Of a stretch of 64,000 nucleotides of DNA, positions 12,686 through 25,975 are shown one piece after another. Below the pieces are notes generated by a model. That model was not told where the DNA came from. It saw only the letters and a program-made list of their open reading frames with translations, and did not search any database. Location: the NCBI GenBank assembly GCA_024704765.1, contig JAKMXF010000299.1, forward strand, positions 744,001 to 808,000, in the 5' to 3' direction. Positions within the stretch are counted from its first letter, which is position 1, and each line of letters begins with the position of its first letter. This DNA comes from Oopsacas minuta. Its lineage: Eukaryota; Animalia; Porifera. A program made the translations under genes and the position numbers.

Positions 12686-13253
12686 ACGAGCCTTTTGCTC
12701 GTCACTTCGCGATGAACTCTGCGCATTGTGGCTCGAGGTATTCATTATTCTCCAAATTGACGGCCACTTTGAGTATTACATATATATAGAACAATGTAAT
12801 TCACAAATATATGTATATGGCATTTACGTTATTGAATTATTTTGTAAGATTAATCCACCTTTGTAGTCGTTGAGGGCAGTATCTATGTAAATTTTGAGAT
12901 TTTGCTAATTTGTTTACCGTATATTCATAAACATAACAATAAATTTACATATGAGACACTTCAAACAAATGCCAAATTCTGGTCCAACATGCTGTGTTAC
13001 TCCTAGGTAACCGTTCAGAGCAAACATGTATTTATATTTTGAAATTTGGCTAATTCTTTTACTTTATTTTCATAAAAGCAACAAATCGTATTCAGTATGT
13101 TTGATATATATATATTTAGTGTATTGAATTCTATTTACTTCCTTGATAAACACGATAAATATATATTTATGCGACAATTTCTAAATTGCTTACCGTATTT
13201 CCTTTCCTTGACAACGGACAAACAAACAACAATTGAGATTCAATAATATAGAT
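12686..13253 (+). mobile_element. Helitron-like non-autonomous repeat (Lep1/HINE-like), copy 1
   Basis: 5' acgagcctt..gctcgtc(a/g)cttcgcgatgaa hairpin; 3' acggacaaacaaac microsatellite then aattgag..aatatagat; no TIR or TSD. Confidence 0.6.
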
Positions 13254-14094
13254 TTATCATAATTTGACACATTTTTGTCTATTTTAAATCATGCTAGATA
13301 TTTCGTTTTAACTGCTATTCAGGGGTAGTCGAGCATGTAGGTTCTAATTTCGACATTTACAAATCTGTATCTGTATGATTTATCATATAATTAATCATTT
13401 TGCACCTTTGTATATTTGTCAAATTATCTCAGAAATTTTGGATTAAGTTCACCTGAAGAATCTATCTCCTGTAAACCTAGATTATCTGGAATTTGGCGTT
13501 GCATACATTTGTACGACCCTGGTTGAAATTATAATTAACACATTATTTTTGTTATAGAAAAAACGGAGGTCACATTTCTTTAACTAAAATAACCCTCCAT
13601 TTATTTTCGTTACTCTCATTACCACGATGTTTCCACATTTTTGTTATGAAACAAACAAATCCGCGAAGAAACATAAATATCCACCATACAGTTGACTTCA
13701 CAGCAATATAATCGGGATGAGAATGGTAGCTTTGGAACCTTGGGCTAATACAGGTAATGGTCAAATTTTCTTCAAGAGCATATTTAAATATAATGCAAGA
13801 TAAGCTGTTACGAATTTGTTATAGATACTTAATCGCATATTATTTGTTTGTTTCCATCACTATGGACAATTGTGCAAATTATGAAAAGTAGAAGCAGAAT
13901 GTGCATGTTTTGCACTTCTTTATTTGATTTACTGCCAACCAGTGACTAAAATATGATACTTTTGTAACCAGGAACAATTTGAAGGAATCACATCAATTAC
14001 TTATCGAAATTTACACTCCCTTATGATAGCATAATAACTTCTTCTTTACATCAGCATGTCAAACAGCTGTTAGATAATCCAATTTACATTTAAA

Positions 14095-14539
14095 ACGAGC
14101 CTTTGGCTCGTCGCTTTGCGATGAACTCGGCGCATTGCGCCTCAAGGTATTCAACGGACAAACAAACAGACAAACAACAATTGAGATTCAATAATATTGA
14201 TGTTGTTTACAATATTCAGACTCAGCATACTCGAGTAACCCAGTATAGTCGTTGAAAGCATGATTCTACCTCTATTTTGAAATTTGTTTACTTTGTTTCA
14301 TGAAAACAACAAAAAATACATATGATTAATCCATAAGTGTGAAAATCGGATTCAGCATGTTCGATATATTTTAGTGAAGTTTTAGTGAATTCTATATACT
14401 TCCTTGATAAACATGATCAATACATAGTTGTGCGACAATTTCAAAATTGCATACCCTAAATCCTTTCCTTGAAAACGGACAAACAACACAGGCAGACAGA
14501 CAGACAGACAGACAATCATTGAGTTTTAATAATATAGAT
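14095..14539 (+). mobile_element. Helitron-like non-autonomous repeat, copy 2
   Basis: Same 5' and 3' motifs as 12686; internal segment deleted; (GACA)n tract. Confidence 0.6.
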
Positions 14540-16805
14540 TAGTGGCACTAATTCCTGGATTCAAGATCCCGAAATCCCAGCATTGAGAACTCTATATTTG
14601 ATACTTTGCACTTCTTAATTATACAAAGCAAGTTAGAATGGTGCAAACCTTTTGTCTATAGATAAGATGCATTGAGGATAGATTGAATATCATCTAAATT
14701 TTAGCCTAAAATAGGTGTTTATGTATATGATAATAACTCTGATAACAATTTAGTTCAATTAATAAAGCTTCAGTTTAAACCAAATGATAGATTCGAATCT
14801 TAACTTTTCGGTAGCCAGAGCCACTTAGCCTGAAATAAATGAATCTCAAAAATTTGCAGCAAAATATGTACGCAACTTGTTCATAATCTATTGATATATC
14901 ATCTCAATATCCGATGACAATCATACTTACTGTCTTCTATTAACTTGACAACAACTATTGCGAGTTGAAGAATTTGTGACAAAAATATGTATATTTAGAT
15001 TATCAATACATTCCAACTATGTATATAATGCTATAGTTCTGGTTCCTAGTGAAATACATGCAATATTCTTTCCTACTTATCCCACATGAGTGAATTCGAA
15101 AACAGTTGAAATTTTATCAAAGAATACCTATTTCCCCAATTGACACACTGTGAAATCTTTTTGATGAGCTTTATTTTCGGGTAATTAATTTTTCTGACCT
15201 TGGAAACAGCTCATCAATCTTGATGATTATTCTTTATACCCATATCGTCCAAAATCGTCCAAGATAGTGCAAAATGTGGTCCTTATCTGAATATCGTAAT
15301 GTGTCTATTATTCATTTTATTACCATGAATCGTAAAAATTTTTCTTTCTAATGAATTTGATACTTAGTGCTTCTTAGTTTGCCAAAACTGCTAAAATATA
15401 TATCCAATTCAGTGTTTTCGGCAAAATGTCTTTTGCCAAAATATCATTCAGCAAGATGTGTTTCAGCGAGGTGTATTTTGGAATGGTGCCTAGTACCTAT
15501 ACGGTTCACCTTCTACTTGTTTATAATAATTACAATGCACACGAATATATAATCTATATTCACCGAAGATATCTGCACGATACATATATCTGATGAATAC
15601 ATTAAGTTTAAAAATTTGATGACCTCCTCTTTTGCTGCATCAAATTGATGAACTCCTTGAAGGTCATCATCTATCATAGATAATGAATATGTATGTTTGT
15701 GGTTTGAATACAATTATATTTTAATGCTGATCTACAATGCTATCATATAACCGACACAGCAAAATCAGGGATAAATGGTGAGTCATATATACGAAGGGTG
15801 ACTATATCTCCTTTTACATAGTCCTATATTATTGCTGTCCTTTTTTCCTGGCTTCAAACCGAGACTAGCACTCAATAAATAAGTTTTTATTGGATAAGAC
15901 GATCCTCTCGGGACTCGAATAATAATACTTACTATCCGAAAGTAAGTCTTAAGCCGAGTACTTACTAACCGCATTCTACTGTACTAGTATTTGCAGAGAA
16001 TTTCAGCCAATTTTGAGCGTTATAAATGTTTGCTATGACCTTTGAATCATATTTTATGTGAATTGTACGGAATTTGTCCCATTTTGTCCAATTATATATG
16101 TGTTCATCCAATATCCAAATTTATTGCTATTATCATTACGTATTTCTAGAACATCCCAATAGGTATTTGGATCTAATTGTCACTATTTGCTACAATAGTG
16201 TCATTTCCTACATTTCAATAAAATAATGCCTCTATTATTAACCGAATACTGCCCAGAAAATGTGAGATTTTATGACGTCAAAAAGATGGTAAATCTCGCT
16301 TTTGGTGTGGGAATTAGTGTTTAATGTAACTTTTTATTACGTACGTGAACTATAAATTCTTTATCATTAAATGTCCTTTTTTCAATGAGGAGATGGTCAC
16401 ACAATGTATAGTATACATTTTTTATGATTAAATGTAGAATTAAATTTGATAACCTCCTACTTAAATGCATCAAATTGATGAACCTGGATATGGATGTCTT
16501 CAACAACATGTATGTTATATATTGAATCTCTGGTGAATCAATTGCCGGAACACACACATCGCTTACTACTTTGTTTCCATTATCGTTTTCATTCATTTGT
16601 GATATTAATCCCATAAGACATAGCGATAACGCATTTAACCTCGGTAATGGTTCTAGATTTATTCAAGGTTGAACTCATTAACGGAATGCTAACTTAACAG
16701 TATTATGGTCAAACTAAATAATCTGGTCAATCGAATGATTTATTCAACCTAATAATTCGGTCAACCAGATAATCACATTTATAGAATCCAGTATACATAA
16801 AGATA

Positions 16806-17108
16806 CAGTCAACATCCGGTAACTCGAATCTCAGGGAATCAAAATCTGTTCGAGTTAACGGATGGACTATATTTAAGAATTCTTGTGATATTTCATAAAT
16901 GAAATAAGAACATTCCTAACAAAAGTATTCAAAAATTCTATTGTTATTTTAATATGCTATACAGTTAACATCCAATAACTCAAACCCTGAAAATCTGTTC
17001 GAAAAATCGACTGATCGAGTTACCGTATGCGAATAGACTAAGAGTACAGCGAAGGGAAGTTAATATTTTTTCGAGCTAACAAATGTTCGAGTTACCAGAT
17101 GTTGGCTG
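16806..17108. mobile_element. Tigger-type MITE (cagtcaacatccggtaactcgaa TIR)
   Basis: TA-preceded left TIR; right end gttcgagttaccagatgttggctg is its near reverse complement; an internal partial TIR copy near 16960. Confidence 0.6.
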
Positions 17109-17419
17109 AATAATATTTGTTTGAGTTTAAATCACCTCACGTGAGAAGTTGTGATTGTAGAAATAAATAATTCAGTTGACCAAATTATTCGGTTAACCAA
17201 ATTATTTGGTTCCAAACTGAATATCAACTATTTACCAATATTATTTGGCTAACTCGAATATTAAATATTCGGTTTCTAATGCTTTTATCCCATTTTCACC
17301 AACATTTGGAGACAGGTAATTATACCTGACTAGAGATCTGACTTGGATTTGAGTTGTTTGAGTGTGGATTTATATCGGCCAATAATGCATTTTGACAAAC
17401 AATGATGTGCCATTTAGAG

Positions 17420-17836
17420 TAGGGGGCAACCTTTTGAGCCTGCGAGCCACATTAAGTGATTAATCATTACCTGTGCCACATTGAGTGATTAATCACATTA
17501 TTCGTCCTCTGGTTCAAATCTTACTTGCAAAGTTCCTTAAAAAGTATGTTAAAAACAACGATGCAATACTAATACTAATTTTATTATGTATTCGCAGCGT
17601 GTGATGTGTTAAAGTATAATGTACACTCACAATTAACACTATATATATTGAGCGAGGTTTTGAACGAATATATTGACCATGGAATATTTTCGAAAAGTAT
17701 TATTTGTTCTAATGAATATAAATTTATTAGTCAACTATAAGGTCACAATGTGACTTTGTATAGGGAGACCCGCGGGCCGGATAATCTCACTCCGCTGTCC
17801 AGATCTGGCCTGCGGCCAGGAGGTTGTTGGCTCTTG
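17420..17836. mobile_element. Decayed hAT (Charlie-like) MITE
   Basis: Left tagggggcaacc and right ggttgttggctcttg termini; subterminal gcgggccg/gcggcc motifs; weak 8-bp TSD atttagag/gtttagca. Confidence 0.45.
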
Positions 17837-17980
17837 GTTTAGCAGATAGATGTGATACACGTTTGCTCTAAGGAAGTTAATTTACCAAAAAAGTAAGGTT
17901 TATAGTAAATACAACAATGATAGTTTGGCATAAACTGTTCCAATGACTATATCTGGGAAATCATTCTACCAACCTACCTT

Positions 17981-19042
17981 TCAGCATAAATACTTTCTAC
18001 ATTTGGTTGATTCACATAAACAAGGTACACCCTTGAACTTTTTAGTTGATTGAAAATCTTTGTACATTCGATAATCAAAAGTTAACTCTGATCCAGCTAT
18101 GATATGCTTCTTTGAGAATAATGCGATATGAGGTAAATTGACATCTAAATTGTCAATCCAAACCGGAAATACTTCAAGATTAGGTTCACATGAGTGGTTT
18201 ACGAAATGCGATATATTTCCAAAGTTTTTTGCATCAATAGTATACACATTATCTACGTCATTAAAATCCAAATCAAATAGATAAGTTGCACCCTCGTTAT
18301 CGTAATACTTCCCCCTCAATTCTGCTTCACGTGAAGTTATAACTTCGCCCAGATATTCCATCACAAACCTTCCACTTTCTATTGCAAATTCTGTCTTTAC
18401 TCCCCAACCCTTTCCATTAACAGTAGTAAACAAGCATAAAGGAACCTTTCGCAAATGTTGTACAATACGATTGGAACAATTTTCTTTGCACGAACAGGCT
18501 GAATTGCATTCAAAAATCGGTTTTCTTTGGGTATGCTTGAGTGTACCATATTGGTTGTAAGCATTTGTTACTCCTGATAACCTGGGACAACAATAGTCAG
18601 TATTGAGACAGTTTGAGGAGTATATAGAGGTACCTTTCTTCTCACAATTACATCCAATTGGTGGAGGTGCTATTGGTCTTTCTATATTCAACCCAAAGAT
18701 ATTTTCTCTAACATAAGTGAAATTTGGGATTTCACTCACCCTATCTTTGACTACTTTTATGGGGGCCTCACCATACGGTAAACTTAAATTTATGTAATGT
18801 TCGAATAAAGTAAGTTTCAGATGCATAAAGTGTTCATTCTTGCTTGATAATATCCGAGATACTTCCAGACTTCTAGGTAGCTCAACGATATCAGCTGAGT
18901 AGAACTTTTCTATAATGTTTCTATCATCAATAGACCCCAGTAGTGCTGATAATGATTTTAGACATGGAATTCTACAGTTTGAAAATTTAAATACACTTGA
19001 GATATCTGGCGGGTTGTGGGCGTCATTAGAATGTATATCCAT
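17981..19042 (-). CDS. SUV39H: SUV39H/Su(var)3-9-type histone H3K9 methyltransferase (pre-SET, SET, post-SET), 353 aa, single exon, no chromodomain
   Basis: 9-Cys pre-SET; GKGWGV, FVMEYLGEVIT, TYLFDLDF, FVNHSCEPNL, ELTFDY; post-SET CLCESTKC; N-terminal CRIPCLKSL motif resembles the SUV39H2 N-terminus. First ATG is 19042 (the track start at 19048 is TTG). Confidence 0.93.
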   Translation of the reverse strand: MDIHSNDAHNPPDISSVFKFSNCRIPCLKSLSALLGSIDDRNIIEKFYSADIVELPRSLEVSRILSSKNEHFMHLKLTLFEHYINLSLPYGEAPIKVVKDRVSEIPNFTYVRENIFGLNIERPIAPPPIGCNCEKKGTSIYSSNCLNTDYCCPRLSGVTNAYNQYGTLKHTQRKPIFECNSACSCKENCSNRIVQHLRKVPLCLFTTVNGKGWGVKTEFAIESGRFVMEYLGEVITSREAELRGKYYDNEGATYLFDLDFNDVDNVYTIDAKNFGNISHFVNHSCEPNLEVFPVWIDNLDVNLPHIALFSKKHIIAGSELTFDYRMYKDFQSTKKFKGVPCLCESTKCRKYLC

Positions 19043-21256
19043 CTCCAAAATTTAGTCGTATTTATGACCCAGTAGAATTAAGTTTGATCGTTGAAATCTT
19101 GTATTTAATTATCATTTTATATTTTGAAACTGTGGTTTACTTATAATATTCTGAATGCATACAACCTTGGCTAAAGTACTGAATAAATTAGTAAATTATA
19201 CTGATCTATTCAATAAAATTATGTTGGAATTCATCAATATTTTAGCTGTTCGTTTACGTGAACATGTTGATATTATACATACGTAGTCAGAGCTCTGCCG
19301 TTGTGTGTAACATTTCGAAGTAGGTGCGACCCCTCCTCATTTAGGTCCAATTTCATTGAAAATTTGGGATGCTATAGAACAGTGATGGGCAGAAATTTAT
19401 CTTTCGAGATCAGTGAAATTTCAAGATAACTTGGCGTGCTAAACTTGTATATTTGTAATAACATGATAATATCCTTGCTTGCGGCATGATAAGGATTGCT
19501 AGATCGAATGTTTTTTGGAATGAATTATCAGGTTAAAATATGTATCTACGTATACTTAAAACGCAATTAATCTGGTATATATGTTCATTCTGGATGCTCA
19601 ACCTGTATGGATACATAACCCGAGTGCGGTTGCGAAACTTGCCGCCTAGTCAGTCCGTTAAGTAACGGGACGACCGGTTATCCATCTGGACGTCCTGTTA
19701 CGTTATGGGACGGTTGGTCGCGCATTCGGTCAACCAGTTAACTAACATGATGTGAGAATTTAAATATGGATGATCAATTATATACAGAAAGCATAGATAT
19801 GTAATCCATCATAAGTTCGGTAACTATGGCATTAAGAACTTGCGATCACAGATTTTGATCCAGATTGTAATCTCTCTTTTGAGAGATCAGAAGGGGAGTC
19901 GTCGAACCGTTTAAAAAGCAGCAGCGTGAACTTGATCGGCTAAACAGGACCAATTAAAATATACGTTACTATTTTTTGAAATGATTTGCAGCCCATGTAT
20001 GAAAATAAGTTCTTGTACATAACGTATATTCCAGAGATGGAACCGGTCAGGACAGACCGGACGGTCGAGTTTTAACTGGCAGGCCGAGTTGGGCTGGCTG
20101 ATTTTGTGTAACCGCTGAATGAGTTAGAAGTCAAATTGTGTTACTATAATTCTAGATATTTTTGAACCCTAATGAATTTATGAGAGTTTCCTACACGAAT
20201 TTTTGTACTAGTTGTGTCGTTTGAATGACCGGACCGGTTCCAGAAATGGAACTGGCTGGGCCGGGCCGGGTCGGGTTGGGTACTGGTTTGAATCTTGACC
20301 AGTCGGCCGATATCTCCATATGATCTTTCAATATGGTTTATGGCCGTAATATATAATAAATACCTTCATTAGGGCTGAAGTCGGTAAACCAGTTAACCGC
20401 TATGAGAAATATATTCGGTTAGCCGAATAGTGTCATTTTAACCATTATGTTCACAGTGTTCCTAAGGTTTGAGAGGTACGAAATTATATATACACGAATT
20501 CCGCTAGTTAGGTATTTATGAGAAGTTGATTTTTAGATCCATATTCCTAAATTTCAATAGTTTTTGTAAGTTACAATCATATCAAGAATGCATATGTAAG
20601 GCTATGTATATTAATTACTTGTATCTCATCTGGAATTTCTTCGGAAACTGGCACGGCGGGCGGTATTTTATTTATTTTTTATAGGCCAGTTAATATATAA
20701 AATATTTCACTCTTAGATTATCTCGCCATTTCTCTGGACACTAAACATACTGAACTTTTCAACTGTACAACTAATAAAATGTGGATTGCACACTCCGTGG
20801 CCAAAGAATTATCCATACATTTGGAAAACATGTAAAGAAATCTTTCCGGACAGGGGATGGAATTTGGTGCGGCGGGGATGAGAAACAATTATATTACTTT
20901 ACATGGCCTAATGATATGTATTGATATTTTCAAATTTAGTTAACAAACTTCGTTGTTTAGATTAAGGAAAATTGTAACGGTTAACCGCTATTTTTCGAAA
21001 AGGTTTTAACAACCCACATAAGTTCTACCTGGATACATATTAATACGTAATGTATGTTTAAGTTATTGATCTTCTGTTTTTCAATAAATTGATGAATACC
21101 TTTCACACATTCTAAAGGTCTTTGCCATATACGTTGTTGATGGCTTCCAAGGAGTTCAGCAATTTTGATACATCAAAATCTAAGATAATCAAACTTTAAC
21201 CCTCATCAAATATTTGTCTATATGATTCACTTTATATCTTTGCGTTTTTAAATATA

Positions 21257-21430
21257 CAGTAGAGTCTCGTTGATACGTACACCAGGGAACTGGGAAAAAT
21301 TCCTACTCCTTATCCGGAGTAGGTATTATCCAAACAAATATACATTGAAAAGACATCAAAAGGGACTGATAAGTTTATTCCTTACCCGGAGTTACGTCTT
21401 AACCGTGTTCGTGTTAAGGGGATTCTACTG
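21257..21430. mobile_element. Tigger-type MITE
   Basis: TA-flanked TIRs cagtagagtctc / gattctactg; similar architecture at 27912-28082 and a partial copy ending ~15981. Confidence 0.6.
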
Positions 21431-22150
21431 TACATGCACAAATATACTATACAGTGTAACAGTGACCCAACATTGGCCAGACTACTGGCCCACGTACGGG
21501 GGCGCATGAGTGGGGGAGGTGGCGCAAGTATGTGGAATGTGGTGGCGGCTTAACCTGGCCCAAAGATGTTAGCATGATTTTTGTTTGTTTTTGTTCAACA
21601 ATAGACTCCTTTAAATGAGGACTGTAGGCGCTTGAACTCGGTCATGAAACTTGGGTCCATTAGAATAAATTTGAAGTTCTATATTTCAAAGTACCACGTT
21701 TTTGTCCGAATACATGTATTACATAGTTATAAATATATTTCATCAATCACAAAATGGAATAATTTTGACGAAACGTGTGAAATTTCTGCTTAGCAGCATT
21801 TTTGGGCATAGATGTGTCCATCTTTGATACACCGTAGAACGCTAAATACTACAAATATGATTTCAGAATTCATACTCTATGATCTATTGATATTTTTATA
21901 CAAAATATTCAATTTAAAACTCTATATTAATACATTGGGCTATTTAACACCCTATCAAATTATTGCTTCCGACGCCGCGCTACCGTGGCACTTGGGCCAA
22001 GTGTCCCAGGAGTTCTTTTAAACTGGACGCTTGATCCACTCTGTACACACCACATAATGGTAATGTTGCCACATATTTTTCACTATTATTGCGTCTGCGC
22101 ATCTGGAGTTGCCTAATTCCTATCTTATCATTCATATAATCACAAAAGTT

Positions 22151-22327
22151 CAGTGGAAACCGCCTATTAGCAATTCTTACTTTGCAAGAATTCTCCTTGC
22201 TAAAACTTGAATTTTTCTATATGCACACTTATACCATGCAAAATTGGATTTTACGCAAGTCCTTGAAATATGTTGCTAATAAGCGAATTTTGCTATTAGA
22301 CGAGTAGCTAATAGGCTGATTCCACTA
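22151..22327. mobile_element. Tigger-type MITE related to 588-888
   Basis: cagtggaaaccgcctattagc mirrors gctaataggctgattccacta; shares the ttcgcttattagca motif. Confidence 0.6.
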
Positions 22328-22643
22328 TATTTGTTTTATTAGTTCTATAATACGGGTGACCATTAGTCCTTTATTTCAAAGTGCATTCCGTTTATTTCTG
22401 CCTGTTCTTTTGTCTTGTTTTCCCTTATTAAATCGAGGATGTCTAATCCGAGTTATATTGTATATTATAAATAATTATTTGCAGAGAATTTCAGACAAGT
22501 CTGAGCTCAAAAATGTTTCTCTGACTCGTGATTAATAATTTATTTAATTTGACTGAAGTTCGTCACGATTTGGTCCATTATCCAATTTGGTTGATATTAT
22601 CACTACGTTTTCTATAACATCCCTATGGGTATTTGTATCTATG

Positions 22644-23804
22644 CAGGCCGGCTCAACTAGGGCTGCGATCCCTGTATTTGGCCCCGGAAAAAGTGCTCCC
22701 AAATAATAGGTCCCCACATAAACTGTCTGAAAACCTTCAAATTTTAGAGAAGGTTAGACAATGAAGTCCTAACAAGTGTTGTCAGCTCCAACACTCCAAT
22801 GACAATAATCCGAAAAGGAAATATATGATATTCTAATTTTATTAAGTTATACTCATCTGAAATTTTGGTTGCGACTACTCTGTTCAAGCTATTTCTTCAT
22901 TTCATTTAGATTTTTCCCATCATAGCCTATTTTTGATTTGGGCAGCAATTTCCATCAAACTGAGAGGGCTAGGTTCTCTCACTTTGAAAAAGAGGATGAC
23001 ATAGCCGGAGCTTCTCTTTGTTTTGGCAACGCAGCAAAATGCGGTCTAAAAGGCCTAAATTAGCTGCATCACGACACAGAAATATTCACAATTACTCTAC
23101 TATAACCTATTACAGCAGAAGTTTTACGTTGGCAATGAAACGAAACTCAAAAATTTTACCACTTCGTTTTAACCAATTCCTGCACCATAAACGAGATTTT
23201 AGCACCTTTTTGAAGTCTTAAAATGCATGTAGAGTACGAATATAGTCCTAAAATACGTTATTATACTCATTAATGATGATTTATAAACATCAGGCGACAT
23301 ATTGGTTGAATTTCGGTTCGGTCGACACGTGCCTCCAAGGTACAAACTCCGTGGGATGTCGCCATGGAGTTGGGCATTGGTGACAAATTGGCAATAAAGT
23401 CCCCTGGTATGCTCGTGTCTGGGCATGCCCAGTGCAGCAACCCTGGAGATAGGCTGAAAGGGGGATATAACCCCGCGGGATAATACACATGATATAGGTT
23501 GATTGTGGAGTTTTTGAGCTAAACATTTCAGTGCGTAACCATTATGTTAACGCACTGAAATGTTTAGCTACACCGTAGACTCCTCAAGAAGAGTTACAGG
23601 GCCAGCAAGATGGTTGAAGTCAGAGATTATTTGATCTGCCACTGGGGCATACTTCCTGATAAATCCAAGCAACATAACTTGTCCTTGTTAACCTGTGTTT
23701 TCTTTGCATACCTTAATTGATGAATCCTGGCGACGTCTCTGCCGCCGAAATGGGGCCCTAAATAAGGCAATTACATTGGCTCCAAAATAATCCAGCCAGC
23801 AATG
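22644..23804. mobile_element. Possible decayed hAT-like non-autonomous element
   Basis: Left caggccggct terminus with ggcccc subterminal motifs; right ggggccct...aatccagccagc end; weak 8-bp TSD tatctatg/catctata. Confidence 0.35.
23517..23569. other. Short perfect hairpin (20-bp stem, 13-nt loop)
   Basis: agctaaacatttcagtgcgt (23517-23536) pairs with acgcactgaaatgtttagct (23550-23569). Confidence 0.9.
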
Positions 23805-24897
23805 CATCTATATGACAATATTTGTTACAATACGGTCATTTCATATATTTCCTTAATAGAATGCCTCTATGAACAAGGCCAAATATTGATTGCTGTACTA
23901 GTCATTGTATAAACTATAAATATATGTATTTATCACTCAGTGTCATTATTTTTAAGAATGAGAAGATGCCCTGTCTATAATTAATTAGGCCGGCTAACGT
24001 TAAGAAAGTAAAAATAGGTTAATGTTCCTCGAAAAATCGAACTTGTACGAGCCAGGCCAAAAATACCTCTGCATGCCAAAAATTAGTTCTGTAGATCTTC
24101 CAGTTCTTCAATCAATTGCAAACATACAAACAAATTTAAGTTGAAAACAGGGGGTAGCTAGGACACCAAAGGGGTGCGGCATAGGTGTAACAAAGAAGCG
24201 GCAGAAGTTTGGCGATGCAGCACCCCTTAATAGATTTCTATGTAAATTTGCTAGGTCGCTGCACAACTTAGTGCTCCAGGTTAGCTTAAGTATTAAACCG
24301 GTAAATTTTGTGGTGTTATTGGTCGCTGGGCAACAGAATATACTCGGCAATATGTGCCTCGAATTCATAAAATAGTTAAAATTTTAAGATTGTATTATCC
24401 ATGGACCATCCAAATTATATTCAATGTCCTTCTGTGGTGACACTGGAAATTCTATGTCATTTTTGGTTAGTAATCTTGGCACTTTGTACTACGGTTATTA
24501 AGAAATTATGAAATTTTGATTTTTTGTACAGTTATGATGACATAATAACCCAATGATGAGTTAGCATTTGGTCAAAACATGACGTCAGGACATTTGTCAC
24601 AAAGGGGTACATGTGATTCAAATATCAAACATCTATCATGTATATTTGGCTGAGCGGCGCTCGCCGCACCAATCATTGGCAGTTTCTGTTATCGCAGATG
24701 GGGAGAGCAGGCCCGGCGGAGCAGGGGCGGCTGTGGCGGCCTCAGCCACCCCCATTTTTTACGTGAATCTTTTGGTACATAAAATTACGCGTGCATGTTT
24801 CGCGATAATATTTTTGTGATCTTTTGATATAATTCAGTTTTTTTTATATTTGAGTAATATGTTTGGCACCGAGTTTAAACTGAAGGATCTTCTATAG

Positions 24898-25939
24898 CAG
24901 TGGTTCTCAAACTGGGTCTGCGACCCACCAGGGGGGCGGGAGGAGGTTTTAAGGGGGCTGCGGAACGGTTATCAAAAGTGATTTACGAAAACTTTTTTAC
25001 GTAGAGCGTTAAATGCAACAATCATACTATGTTGAGATTAGGTAGAACTTCAATTCATATTTTTTTAAATAGATTGTACCTTTGCTAATGAGAGAGCTGC
25101 ATTTGTCCGAATTTTATAGAATGCATCTGTCCGACTGAAATATGCATTGTCCGAATTTTGAAGTATGCATTGCTTGACAGAAGTAAGCATTGTTATTCAT
25201 ATGATATTTTGTCTCTAATAATTGATAGGTGACATATACTCAAGGTGTCTCCAGTATACCAGAAATATGTCGGTTCAGTATTTCAACTCACATTGCTCTC
25301 AGGATGGACTATTTCTCGTATAAGTGATTATTCCTGTTGTAAATTGGGAAATGGGATTTTTTCGCATTTTTCCTGGGGGAATTGACTTCCCGTCCCAATG
25401 TTGTAAATATCGCCCTGATTAAGGAGATTTTCATCACTACAAATCACAGGATAGGATTTACTGTTATTAGATTCTAGTATTCTTGTCGTACAAGTTTTGG
25501 CTTTCATTCTCACTTAATACTGAGCCAAAGGCTTTTACCTGCTACTAGTTTGTTCCTGTTTCCTTCATTCAGGCCTTACATTAGTCGGACAAATAATACT
25601 TCAGTCGGCCTGATGTATACTATAAAATTCGGACAATTGCTTGTATCCCTTTCTAATATCGATTATTATTTTAGTTATTAATTTGGTATCGTTGAAAAAG
25701 AAATTTATGGCCAAACGAAAGCAAGGACAATTGGATACTTACCTAACTAAGAGTAATAGACTCTATACAGATTGTCAAGACAATTCGGGTTCGAATGAAG
25801 ATGAGTTTATTGATAACACTCATATAATACAATAATAATAACAAATTATATTTACTAAAATTCGACCAAAATGCAGAGGTCCGTGGAATTGTGATGAAGA
25901 AATTTGGGGCCGCGGCATAGAAAAATTTGAGAAGTACTG
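24898..25939 (+). mobile_element. hAT (Charlie-like) deletion derivative with a nested MITE
   Basis: TIRs cagtggttctcaaa / ttgagaagtactg; 8-bp TSD ttctatag/ttctataa; short MAKRKQGQLDTYL N-terminus at 25708; nested inverted-repeat element ~25091-25646 with ttgtccgaattttatag TIRs. Confidence 0.75.
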
Positions 25940-25975
25940 TTCTATAATATATTTACAATTTTGTTATAAATTACT

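Noticed and set aside
19590-20300. GC-rich ggacgtcc and accggacc repeat clusters
   Set aside because: Probably decayed MITE ends; I could not define consistent TIR/TSD pairs.
23285-23330. RNase P CR-V-like motif (gaaccgaaattcaacc) on the minus strand
   Set aside because: Weak match, and no CR-I/P4 partner was found.
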